DNA of 64,000 nt. Source: a bacterium. GTDB taxonomy: Bacteria; Electryoneota; JAOADG01. Position 1 is the stretch's first letter. The number at the start of each line of letters is the position of its first letter. Of the stretch, positions 42,841 to 52,129 are shown piece after piece. The DNA is taken from the NCBI GenBank assembly GCA_963681965.1, contig OY820579.1, forward strand, positions 2,688,001 to 2,752,000, given 5' to 3'. A model generated the notes under the pieces. That model searched no databases. It was not told the origin of the DNA and saw only the letters and a program-made list of their open reading frames with translations. The translations under genes were made by a program, and so were the position numbers.

Positions 42841-43716
42841 TCACACTGGTCTCATTCCTGCGTAGCGTAGCGGAGCAGGAATGAGTGGTAACTCTGTTTC
42901 CGGTGCCGGCGGCAGATAGCCCAAAGAGCTGTGCGGTCGAATCGTATTGTAATGGTGCCGCCATTGTTCGATAATCACCTTTGCTTCCAATATGGTATCA
43001 AAGATTTCACCCTTCAGCAACAGTTTCAACCGACAGTTAAAACTTTCGATGTATCCGTTTTCCCACGGGCTGCCAGGCGTAATAAACAAGGGTTGCACAT
43101 CAACCCGGGGCAGCCACGCTAGTACCTCATTCGCCGTAAACTCAGGGCCATTGTCACTACGAACATGAATCGGTGTACCTCGTACTACAAACAGTTCTTC
43201 CAGTACGCAAAGAACATCATCCGCCTTGATCTTCCGGGCTACCAGGATCGCAAGGCATTCCCGGGTGTATTCGTCCATGATCGCAAAGATCTTGAACGAA
43301 CGACCATTCGACGTATGCCACGTGACAAAGTCGAAGCTCCAGACATGATCCGGATGTTCCGGACGTAGACGGATGCAGGAACCATCATTCAGCCACAGTC
43401 TTCGACGCTTCTTCTGCTTCTTCGGGACCTTCAGTCCGGACTGTCGCCAGATCCGTTCCACCCGTTTGTGGTTTACCCGCCAGCCGATGTTACGGATCAT
43501 CGCCGTTACGATCCGGTAGCCATACCCGCCATACTGGCAAGCCAGAAATACCACCAGCGAGACCAACGGGCCTTCGTCGGCACGACGAAGCGGTGCATAC
43601 CGGTGACTCGTTCGTGGTTCGCAAAGAACCGTACAGACCCGTCGTTCCGAGACCCGATCAATGCCCAGCGAATGGCGAACAGTAAGCGCAGTCTCGCGAC
43701 GCTTCGCCGGGCACAC
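42841..43716 (-). CDS. IS3-family transposase OrfB
   Basis: WSFDF, RSDNGPEF, PGSPWENGYIESFN and YNTIRPHSSLGY; G-GGA-AAA slippery site at 43719-43725. Confidence 0.92.
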   Translation of the reverse strand: MCPAKRRETALTVRHSLGIDRVSERRVCTVLCEPRTSHRYAPLRRADEGPLVSLVVFLACQYGGYGYRIVTAMIRNIGWRVNHKRVERIWRQSGLKVPKKQKKRRRLWLNDGSCIRLRPEHPDHVWSFDFVTWHTSNGRSFKIFAIMDEYTRECLAILVARKIKADDVLCVLEELFVVRGTPIHVRSDNGPEFTANEVLAWLPRVDVQPLFITPGSPWENGYIESFNCRLKLLLKGEIFDTILEAKVIIEQWRHHYNTIRPHSSLGYLPPAPETELPLIPAPLRYAGMRPV

Positions 43717-43991
43717 TATTTTCCCTTGAGAGCCTCCTGCAGGATCTCTTTGTCCAAGGTCAGATCAGATACGACCTTCCGAAGACGGCCATTCTCGCGT
43801 TCCAGTTCCTTCAAACGCTTCGCCTGATCCAGCTTCAAACCACCGTATTCCTTGCGCCAGTGGTAGTAAGTATGTTCCTGGATGCCCAACTTCCGGCAAA
43901 CTTCACGGACGCTCATCCCCTTCCCAATCTCAACTTCCGCTTCACGAAGCATCGGGATAATCTGCTCCGCAGTTCGCTTCACTCCACGCAT
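43716..43991 (-). CDS. IS3-family transposase OrfA
   Basis: HTH VREVCRKLGIQEHTYYHWRKEYGG plus a coiled coil. Confidence 0.92.
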   Translation of the reverse strand: MRGVKRTAEQIIPMLREAEVEIGKGMSVREVCRKLGIQEHTYYHWRKEYGGLKLDQAKRLKELERENGRLRKVVSDLTLDKEILQEALKGK

Positions 43992-44853
43992 GAAAACCTC
44001 CCATAAAAGGTACTACTCTGACATAGAGAGTGGTACTACTTTCGGGGGCTAGATCAATACCAACCGATGGACTTATGGCATACTATCGATTCGATGGTAA
44101 TATTGGCGATTCGAGTGGAAATGCTCATCACGGTACCCCTACAAATATATCCTTTGTGATCGATCGGTTTGGCGATACCAATAATGCAGTATCCTTTAAC
44201 GGTTCTTCTAGCAGTATCGAAGTAGGAAATTGGTTTCGTGAGCCGTATTTCTCAATCTCATTATGGGTCAAATCTGGAGCAACACAGAACTCTTGGGCGA
44301 ATATCGTGGAAAATTTCCATAACAGCAATCACGATGGGTCTTCGTCAAGTTTCAATACCCAAAGTATGCCGAACCAACCCAACTTGATTGATTTTGGAGT
44401 AGCTGTTAATCCCGCAGCAGCAAGAAGCACTCGTGTTCAACTGACTGCAGATGTCTGGCAGCATGTTGTCTTTATCAAAGATAGTTCAATGACATTAATC
44501 TATTTGAATAGTGCACTTGTGGATACAGCCGCCAATGTCGGTCCTACGGTTTATAATGGAAATGAGCAGCTGGGGTTTGCGCGCTGTTACTACTATTCAG
44601 CTCGACATTGGAATGGAGTGATGGATGATGCAAGAATCTACCGACGTGCTTTGACATCTGCCGAAGTAGCAGCTCTTTATCATGAAAAAGGGTGGCATTA
44701 ATGGACGAGAAACTGCTGTAATCTAGCGGTGAATCGAATCCGATATACCGATTTGGGTGATTTAAGTGATTACATAACAAATGATAGGGACATCAATCTA
44801 CCATCTATATACTTGTTCTGTAAAATCCTGTTCAATGCAGTATCTTATCCCTG

Positions 44854-46077
44854 ATGTCGATAACACCCGAATCAAAAACTCAAACCATTTTACGGAATCC
44901 ATCCTTTCTACGATTGTGGCTTGGACGGATCGGCATCTCATTTGCTTATCAGATGGAAGGTGTAGCCGTCGGTTGGCAAATGTATGCATTAACCAACAGT
45001 ACCTTTTACTTGGGTTTGGTTGGTTTGGCGCAGTTTTTACCGATGGTGGCATTAACGTTGGTCGTCGGACAAGTAGTCGATCGATTCGACCGAAGAAAGA
45101 TCTTACAAGTTTGTACCCTGATTGAAGCAACCTGCGTAGGTGCCCTCGCATTAGGTAGTAACCAGGGCTGGTTGAATGCGCACTTGTTGTTATTAATCGT
45201 GGCTGTAATTGGTGCTTCGCATGCCTTTGAAGGACCTGCTCTGCAATCACTCCTTCCGGGAATTGTTCCGCGTGAATTATTCCCAACCGCAGCAGCGATG
45301 TCAACCTCCGCAATGCAGACGTCAAGTATTATCGGACCTGCCATTGGTGGTTTCCTCTACACAATTAGTGCCTCAGTTGTTTATTCGGTTTCAGCAGGAT
45401 GTTTTTTACTCGCCAGTGTAATGGTATTATTGATCCGATATGATCGAACGACTGTGATGAAGGAACCTGTTAACATCAAGTCGATATTCGCTGGAATTCA
45501 CTTTATTTGGAGCAAACCAATTGTACTAGGTGCTATCTCACTGGATTTGTTTGCGGTATTGTTAGGTGGTGCGACGGCACTGCTACCGGTTTATGCCAAG
45601 GATATCTTACACACCGGACCGATGGGATTAGGGTTGCTTCGGTCTGGACCAGCGATTGGAGCGCTTCTTACCTCGGTGTATTTAGCTCGACATCCAATTC
45701 GAAGTCAAGTCGGAAAAATTATGTTCGTTGCAGTGATCGTATTTGGTATTGCTACCATTTTATTCGGTTTATCCACCTCATTCATTCTTTCCTTAATTAC
45801 ACTTCTAATCTTGGGCGGCTCGGATGTGATTAGTGTTGTCATTCGACATACATTGGTTCAATTGGGTACTCCTGATGAAATGCGAGGTCGAGTAAGTGCA
45901 GTTAACTCGCTGTTTATTGGTACTTCCAATCAACTTGGTGAATTTGAATCAGGGATTACTGCTGCAATTTTCGGTGTAGTGCCTGCAGTGGTGATCGGAG
46001 GACTTGGAACTATTGTTATCGTATTTACTTGGATGAGATTGTTCCCATCGCTGAAAAATGCCGACACGATTACTTAA
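44854..46077 (+). CDS. MFS transporter (EntS-like / MFS_3)
   Basis: About 12 TM helices; GQVVDRFDRRK motif A; LDLFAVLLGGATALLP; PDEMRGRV. Confidence 0.92.
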   Translation: MSITPESKTQTILRNPSFLRLWLGRIGISFAYQMEGVAVGWQMYALTNSTFYLGLVGLAQFLPMVALTLVVGQVVDRFDRRKILQVCTLIEATCVGALALGSNQGWLNAHLLLLIVAVIGASHAFEGPALQSLLPGIVPRELFPTAAAMSTSAMQTSSIIGPAIGGFLYTISASVVYSVSAGCFLLASVMVLLIRYDRTTVMKEPVNIKSIFAGIHFIWSKPIVLGAISLDLFAVLLGGATALLPVYAKDILHTGPMGLGLLRSGPAIGALLTSVYLARHPIRSQVGKIMFVAVIVFGIATILFGLSTSFILSLITLLILGGSDVISVVIRHTLVQLGTPDEMRGRVSAVNSLFIGTSNQLGEFESGITAAIFGVVPAVVIGGLGTIVIVFTWMRLFPSLKNADTIT

Positions 46078-46261
46078 GCGTAATCTAGGTTTACCTACTT
46101 ATTTAGACTTGTTTTACCTATTCAATTCGAACATGATGTGAAGGATCGGCAACGCATATGAAAATATAATGTTAATTGTGACAATTGTTTGTTAATATTC
46201 ACAATGAAGATTAAATTGTCTATTTAGAAACAAACCCAATATTACCCGATTGCTATTCGAT

Positions 46262-49200
46262 ATGTCACGAACCATCCAACGGACAGGTGCCATGACTAAT
46301 CAAATGAATGCGATACCAGCTTCTAAGATTACTTTCCTCTCGACCGATATCGTCAACTCATCTGGAATGTGTCGAATTCTGGGTGATACCGACTACAAAG
46401 AGAACCTATACGATCCTCATTGGAAAATTCTGCGTGAGTGCCTCGATCTGCATCATGGGGAATTTTATGAGAATAAAGGGGATGGGCTACTTGCCACATT
46501 TTCCGATGTGAACGATGCAGTGGCTTGTGCCGTTGAGATGCAACAGCGTCTGAACAATCCACTTATCGAATTCAAACAGCAGCGGATCGCGGTAAGGATC
46601 GGAATTCACTGTTCGGAAACAGCATTAACTCCCGATTCCGACGGAAAATATCGTACTGGTGAATTGAATTATGTTTGCCGAATCGAGTCGATTGCAAATG
46701 GAAGCCAAATTCTGTTATCTGAAAACAGTGTTTTATTACTAACAAATCGTAATGAATTTTCCTGGTTGGAATGGCACAATCGCCGAATTAAGAGCTTCGA
46801 CGATTCACCTGTGACTGTATTTGAATTGTTGTGGAATGGGCAGTCGCGCGGTACTCCCGGTTCTTCCTGGGCACCAGATTGGTTTGTCGGCGATGTAAGT
46901 GAGTATGTTGCGCGATTCGAATTGGAAAAAAGCATCATCGACGCCTTCGGCCGAAAATCTTCCAAACCTTATCGGATGGTCACGCTGCATGGAAGTGGCG
47001 GTACTGGCAAAACACGACTAGCGCTGACGACTGCAGTCAAAATGGCAGGATTGTTCGAGGGACGGGTTCATTTTGTCACTTTCCATCAGAAACCGGGTGA
47101 GACAACCGACTGCGGTGCATTACTCCTACAAGAACTCCGAACTACGCTGGGTTGTGAAGATTCCAAGCAAGAAACGGTATTGATTGCATTAACGCAACGG
47201 GGAAATGCGTTGTACTTGATTGACAATTACGAATCAATTGCCGACCCCTCCGCACAAGAAGTTTTGGTCACAATTCTTCAGCGAGTGAAAGATGCACACC
47301 TGTTGATCACCGGACAAAAGAAAGTTGAATTACCCGATTCGGAATATGTTATTGAATTGGAAGAAGGGATGACGTCTAGCGAAGGGATTGAACTATTTTT
47401 TAAACGAGCAAGAAATGTGTATCACGATTGGCAACCGACAGACGAAGAACTAGAATTAGTTAAGCACCTTGTTCAACTAGTCGAATATGTACCGATACGA
47501 ATTGAATTTGCAACCGCCTGGTTGCGGAAACGCGATCTGAAAACAATCGTGAATGATCTGGTGATTAGCCCTCTGGGTAAGTATAGTGCTCTTCCTTCCG
47601 GAAGCCGGTTAGCCGCGACAACGCGAACGCATCATCAATCTTCGGAGTTGTGCCTTCAATACACTAGTTCGATGTTATCCGATACACTTCGCTTTAATTT
47701 CTATCGATTGGGTCTGTTCGGAGGTTCATTTTCAACTGAAGTTATCGAGCAAGCTTGTGGAGTCGAAGATGCTGAAGAATTAATAGACGCTTTAATCGAT
47801 GCAAGTTTGATTTACCGCTTCGGTAATCCACGCGAGTACCGCTATACGATGCATCGGTTAACTTCAAGTTACTGTAATCGAAAACTACGTGAAATTGATA
47901 ATTGGAAGGATATTGCAGGCAATTTCATTCAGTATTATGCGGCGCATTCAAAAGATTTCTGTGAAGAAGAAGTGTTAAAAATTCCTGATAGATACTTGAC
48001 GATTCAGAATGAGTGGTTGAATCTGAAAAGTGCATCAATACTTGGAATTGAGCTAAATTCGCTTGAAGATACAGTCTCTCTTGCGCGTAATCTTTATGTA
48101 TTCATCGGGAAATCCGAATTGTTTTCCGAAGGTGTGGAATTGTACGAGATGTTTCTGAAGTGGTATGACCGGATTGAGAATCAGGATCTTTCTGTAATCG
48201 CACTATTATTAGATCATTATATCGATGCACTTTGTGCAATTGGCAATTTTCCAGCTGCAATCGGTCATTTGAATCGGCTCTTTGATCTTGTGAAATCTCA
48301 AAATGGTGTCGATTCAATTGAGTACTTAAATATCGTTGATAAAATGATCGCTGTTACCACCGAATTAGGCAATTTTGAATCACAAATGAAGTTTATAATG
48401 ATTGCAAAAGAGCTTATTGAGAAACGCTTCGGAAAAGAACACTATCGATATGCGGATATTCTATGTAGTCTAGGATCAATCTGTAATAATACGGGTAAGT
48501 ATGCCGATGCTGAAGTGCATTTGTTGGATGCAAAAAATATTGCCGAACAATGTCCCGATCCATCCGGCAGATCGTTGGCAAATATCTTACTCTGTCTCGG
48601 AATGTTGTACGATTGTACAGGAAGATTTCTCGAAGCGATCCCGATATTTGAAAAAGCAGTTGCACTTTCCGATCAAATGGAGGTGAAGCGAATTAATTTT
48701 CTCGGAACCGCACTTAGTCAATTGGGTAATTCTTATCATCGTACGAATCGTAGCGAGGATGCTGTCAAATGTGGCGAACGTGCCTTGTCAATGCTCGAGC
48801 AGCAATTTCATGGCGATCATCCGAATCTGGTTTCGATCCTGAATAACTTGTCAGGTGGATACGAAGGAGTGGGACGTATCGAGGAAGGTGAACAATGTCT
48901 GAAACGCGCACTAGCGATTAACATCCGGTTCTTCGGTCGAAATCACAAGTTCACTCCGGTGATTACCAACAATCTTGGATACAACTTGTTGCGACATCAC
49001 AATGTCGAGGAAGCGCTAGCAACTTTTCAAGATGCTCTAAATCTCATGACAGAGATTTACGGTCCCGACTTTTCAGGTTTGGCTATTGCGATGAATGGTA
49101 TTGGTATTTCATTATTTCATCAAGGGAAATTCTTGGAAGCCGAAACGACTTTTAAAAAAGCAGTCGAACATCACGAGCGTACAGTAGGTCGGATCCATCC

Positions 49201-49495
49201 ATTTACCGCCAATATGTTTACCGGTTGGGGACGAGCATGTCACAGTCTCAAGCGGTTTTCGGAAGCTGAGCGACACTTTCAAGCAGCGTTAGAGATACGC
49301 GAGCAGATCTTCGGCAAAGACGATCAATCGATTATTTCGAGTTGTTGTGAATTGGCTGAGATCTTAATTCCGCAAGGAAATGCTAACGAAGCACGTGCAT
49401 TATTCGAACGCGCGTTACAGATCGTCGAGTCTAAAATGGGGCGCGATCATCCTGAAGCAATGCGAATTAAAGAACAAATTGATCGATTGAATTAA
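46262..49495 (+). CDS. Class III nucleotidyl cyclase - STAND (NB-ARC-like) ATPase - TPR protein
   Basis: TDIVNS and GDG metal Asp residues, RIGIH, N..CR; Walker A GSGGTGKT; Walker B LYLIDNYE; winged-helix end YTMHRL; C-terminal TPRs (G.DHP..). Start codon uncertain (46250/46262/46292). Confidence 0.88.
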   Translation: MSRTIQRTGAMTNQMNAIPASKITFLSTDIVNSSGMCRILGDTDYKENLYDPHWKILRECLDLHHGEFYENKGDGLLATFSDVNDAVACAVEMQQRLNNPLIEFKQQRIAVRIGIHCSETALTPDSDGKYRTGELNYVCRIESIANGSQILLSENSVLLLTNRNEFSWLEWHNRRIKSFDDSPVTVFELLWNGQSRGTPGSSWAPDWFVGDVSEYVARFELEKSIIDAFGRKSSKPYRMVTLHGSGGTGKTRLALTTAVKMAGLFEGRVHFVTFHQKPGETTDCGALLLQELRTTLGCEDSKQETVLIALTQRGNALYLIDNYESIADPSAQEVLVTILQRVKDAHLLITGQKKVELPDSEYVIELEEGMTSSEGIELFFKRARNVYHDWQPTDEELELVKHLVQLVEYVPIRIEFATAWLRKRDLKTIVNDLVISPLGKYSALPSGSRLAATTRTHHQSSELCLQYTSSMLSDTLRFNFYRLGLFGGSFSTEVIEQACGVEDAEELIDALIDASLIYRFGNPREYRYTMHRLTSSYCNRKLREIDNWKDIAGNFIQYYAAHSKDFCEEEVLKIPDRYLTIQNEWLNLKSASILGIELNSLEDTVSLARNLYVFIGKSELFSEGVELYEMFLKWYDRIENQDLSVIALLLDHYIDALCAIGNFPAAIGHLNRLFDLVKSQNGVDSIEYLNIVDKMIAVTTELGNFESQMKFIMIAKELIEKRFGKEHYRYADILCSLGSICNNTGKYADAEVHLLDAKNIAEQCPDPSGRSLANILLCLGMLYDCTGRFLEAIPIFEKAVALSDQMEVKRINFLGTALSQLGNSYHRTNRSEDAVKCGERALSMLEQQFHGDHPNLVSILNNLSGGYEGVGRIEEGEQCLKRALAINIRFFGRNHKFTPVITNNLGYNLLRHHNVEEALATFQDALNLMTEIYGPDFSGLAIAMNGIGISLFHQGKFLEAETTFKKAVEHHERTVGRIHPFTANMFTGWGRACHSLKRFSEAERHFQAALEIREQIFGKDDQSIISSCCELAEILIPQGNANEARALFERALQIVESKMGRDHPEAMRIKEQIDRLN

Positions 49496-49529
49496 TCTCC
49501 GACGATAAATCTGGTAATGATCGATTCGA

Positions 49530-49570
49530 AATAATATTGGGGCAGTATCATCGACTGCCCCAATATTATT
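49530..49570. terminator. Hairpin between convergent genes, probably a bidirectional terminator
   Basis: Perfect 17-bp inverted repeat AATAATATTGGGGCAGT / ACTGCCCCAATATTATT. Confidence 0.75.
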
Positions 49571-49587
49571 TACAGTATTCAGAAAGT

Positions 49588-51813
49588 CTATCGATTTTCC
49601 TTTTTGAGTGAATGCCCTGTTATCAATCCAAAGACAAAGAGTACCAATGCGATTGCTCCAAGAGCGAAAATCGTATCGCCGAACACGCGCGACCACTTAA
49701 AGCCCTGCATCACCGGTGAGCCAAGAAATTCGGCACTTCGCGCATACCAATATCCGTATTTAACTGAAGCGTATGTCTGTAGCAACCCAACCGGTAATAA
49801 TGAAATTGTTACCATGGCAAACAGACCTATGTTCATCGCCCAAAATGAGAACTTGAGCAATTTTTCATTCCATTCTTTTTGCACATAGAGCACTCGGAGG
49901 CAGAACAACATCAAACCGATGCCGAGCATCCCGTAAACTCCGAATAGAGCCGCATGACCGTGTACCGGTGTAGTGTTCAATCCCTGCATATAGTAGAGCG
50001 CGATTGGCGGGTTGATCATAAATCCAAATAAACCTGCTCCAACCATATTCCAGAAAGCGACTGAAATGAAATAATAAATCGGATACTTGTATTTGGATGC
50101 CCATGGAGTTGTGTGAGACAATCGGATGTTATCCCAAGCTTCAAAGCCTACCAGTACTAACGGTACCACTTCGAGTGCGCTAAATACCGATCCAAGTGCT
50201 AATATTTCGATCGGTGTTCCGGAAAAATATAGATGATGCAATGTTCCGATGATTCCACCAGCGAGGAAGATGGTGGATGAGAGAACGATCGATCGATTAG
50301 CCGATTCGATTTTGATTAATTGCAATCGTGCAAACATGAATGCGATTACCACTGTGGCAAATACCTCGAAAAAACCTTCGACCCAAAGGTGTACAACCCA
50401 CCACCGCCAATATTCGGCTATGGCGAGATTTGTGTGTTGTCCCCAAACCAATCCTGCCATGTAAAATGCACCGATGGCAATTCCCGAAATCAGGAAGGTA
50501 ATGAGGATCGGTCGTTGAGAATCGCGTCGTTTAATCGCAATCATAACGTTTCGACCAACCAGATATACCCATAAAACCAACCCGATCGTAAGGAAAATTT
50601 GCCAGAAACGTCCTAAATCAACGTATTCATACCCTTGGTGACCAAAATAGAACGCGGTTGTCCCGGTGATTTTATGGTGCACACTCATCGCTTCGCCAAC
50701 CATCGATCCTACAACGATTAGCAGCAATGCAGAGAACAGAAAATTGACTCCGAACCGTTGCCATTTCAATTCGACACCACTCACAACCGGCGCGATATAG
50801 AGACCGGCAGCAAGCCAAGCTGTAGCAATCCAAAAAATACCGAGCTGAACATGCCAGGTTCTTGACAATACATACGGAAGCCATTTCGCTAGTGGAACGC
50901 CGTAGAATCCATTTCCCTCGACACCAAAATGCGCTGTGATGATACCAACGAGTATCTGAACCAAAATCAGTCCCGATACGACCCAAAAGTACTTAATTAC
51001 TGCCTTTTGAGAAGGTGTGGGAGTAGCTAAATACAGTGGATCCGCTTCGGGTAATTTCGAAGGGATTGGATCGTGTTTTTGCGAAGCATTGTACCAAACC
51101 AATCCGCCGATACCAGCCAATAAAACGATAATGCTAACTCCCGTCCATACAATCGAACTCGGTGTTGGATGGTTGTCGACCAAATCCTCGTGAGGCCAAT
51201 TGCTGGTGTATGTCATCTCCTGCCCCGGTCGGTTAGTAGTAGTAGCCCATGCCGACCAAAAATAAAACGCGGTAAGTTCGCGTAGCGCTTTGTGATCGGT
51301 TAGTGCACCTTGGGGAATGGAATATTTATCGTTTCCATCGGTGAAAATATGAGCATAATATCGAGACAATTCTTCGAACGCGGCAGCACGGATGGAATCG
51401 ATTGTTAACGTACCTGTAGTTGCATCGAAGGTATTTTTTCTCATCATTTTGGATAAGCGTGTTTGTAACACAGCTCGTTGTTCATCATTTATTGATGTAT
51501 AGGGTTGATTGAAACTCGATTTTGCCCAAGCATCGAGAATGAACATGCATTCTCGATGCAACCAATCAGCCGACCAGTCTGGCGCAATGTAACTACCATG
51601 TCCCCAAACCGATCCTAGTTCCATTCCACCCATGTTCTGCCAGACATTCTGTCCAGTCTCGATTTCCTGCTGGGTGAGAATTACTTTGCCATCAGGAGTA
51701 ACCACTTTTACCGGAATTGGAGGGTGTTGTTGATAGATCTGGACACCTGCCCAGCCCAGAACAATGAAAGAAATCAAGATCACTAGCGTAAATCCAATCC
51801 AAAGCTTTTTCAT
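49588..51813 (-). CDS. norB: Quinol-dependent nitric oxide reductase (qNor, NorZ type)
   Basis: GSVWGHGSYIAPDWSADWLHRE, WPHE, WVVHLWVEGFFEVF, GTLHHLYF, SALEVVPL and HGHAALFGVYG. Confidence 0.95.
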   Translation of the reverse strand: MKKLWIGFTLVILISFIVLGWAGVQIYQQHPPIPVKVVTPDGKVILTQQEIETGQNVWQNMGGMELGSVWGHGSYIAPDWSADWLHRECMFILDAWAKSSFNQPYTSINDEQRAVLQTRLSKMMRKNTFDATTGTLTIDSIRAAAFEELSRYYAHIFTDGNDKYSIPQGALTDHKALRELTAFYFWSAWATTTNRPGQEMTYTSNWPHEDLVDNHPTPSSIVWTGVSIIVLLAGIGGLVWYNASQKHDPIPSKLPEADPLYLATPTPSQKAVIKYFWVVSGLILVQILVGIITAHFGVEGNGFYGVPLAKWLPYVLSRTWHVQLGIFWIATAWLAAGLYIAPVVSGVELKWQRFGVNFLFSALLLIVVGSMVGEAMSVHHKITGTTAFYFGHQGYEYVDLGRFWQIFLTIGLVLWVYLVGRNVMIAIKRRDSQRPILITFLISGIAIGAFYMAGLVWGQHTNLAIAEYWRWWVVHLWVEGFFEVFATVVIAFMFARLQLIKIESANRSIVLSSTIFLAGGIIGTLHHLYFSGTPIEILALGSVFSALEVVPLVLVGFEAWDNIRLSHTTPWASKYKYPIYYFISVAFWNMVGAGLFGFMINPPIALYYMQGLNTTPVHGHAALFGVYGMLGIGLMLFCLRVLYVQKEWNEKLLKFSFWAMNIGLFAMVTISLLPVGLLQTYASVKYGYWYARSAEFLGSPVMQGFKWSRVFGDTIFALGAIALVLFVFGLITGHSLKKENR

Positions 51814-51892
51814 ACTTCCACCTCAGTTCATCTAAAAACTTGTTATAAAGACGTGTTCACAAATATGGTACGTCCCGATAACAAATGTTTTT

Positions 51893-51906
51893 TTGATGAA
51901 TATCAA
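51893..51906 (-). promoter_or_regulatory. FNR/DNR/NnrR-type (Crp-Fnr) binding site upstream of qNor
   Basis: Perfect TTGAT-N4-ATCAA (TTGATGAATATCAA), 80 bp upstream of the ATG. Confidence 0.8.
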
Positions 51907-52046
51907 AAATGACCTAAGGTGTTAATACCCATGATAGTGCTGAATTGGTTTTCAATAGAGTGAGCAGGAAGAAGGGTAATTATTGTCATCGATTAATCGT
52001 CGAGATATTACGTATACTTCGTGATGCGATCAATTCTTGAGAATAC

Positions 52047-52088
52047 AAAACGACCGATTTATTCGGTATTTCAATAAATCGGTCGTTT
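52047..52088 (-). terminator. Intrinsic terminator of the S8 protease gene
   Basis: 16-bp inverted repeat AAACGACCGATTTATT / AATAAATCGGTCGTTT. Confidence 0.75.
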
Positions 52089-52129
52089 GATTGAGGATAT
52101 TCAAGACTGAATAAAAATCGAATCAGCGA

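Larger units (their letters stand above)
42807..44056 (-). mobile_element. Complete IS3-family element B (IS407-like, 1250 bp) with 4-bp target duplication ATAC
   Basis: IRs TGATCTGCCCCC / TGATCTAGCCCCC; ATAC at 42803-42806 and 44057-44060. Confidence 0.93.
42698..44701 (+). pseudogene. LamG-domain lipoprotein (~249 aa when rejoined) split by IS element B
   Basis: GTG at 42698 after GGAGG; lipobox LQSC. Removing the IS and one ATAC copy gives in-frame ..PTVGI-PTDGLMAYYRFDGN..; LamG motifs SISLWVK, WQHVVF and MDDARIYRRALT. Confidence 0.88.

Noticed and set aside
42662-42865. Independent 67-aa ORF, and 44030-44701 as a separate gene
   Set aside because: They are the two halves of one lipoprotein gene, each running into or out of IS sequence.
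41214-44056. Composite transposon formed by the two adjacent IS elements
   Set aside because: They are different elements and each has its own target-site duplication, which indicates independent insertions.
49588-51813. Nitric oxide dismutase (Nod) instead of qNor
   Set aside because: The catalytic-site residues are canonical qNor (HLWVEGFFE, HH, ALEV), without the His/Glu substitutions typical of Nod.
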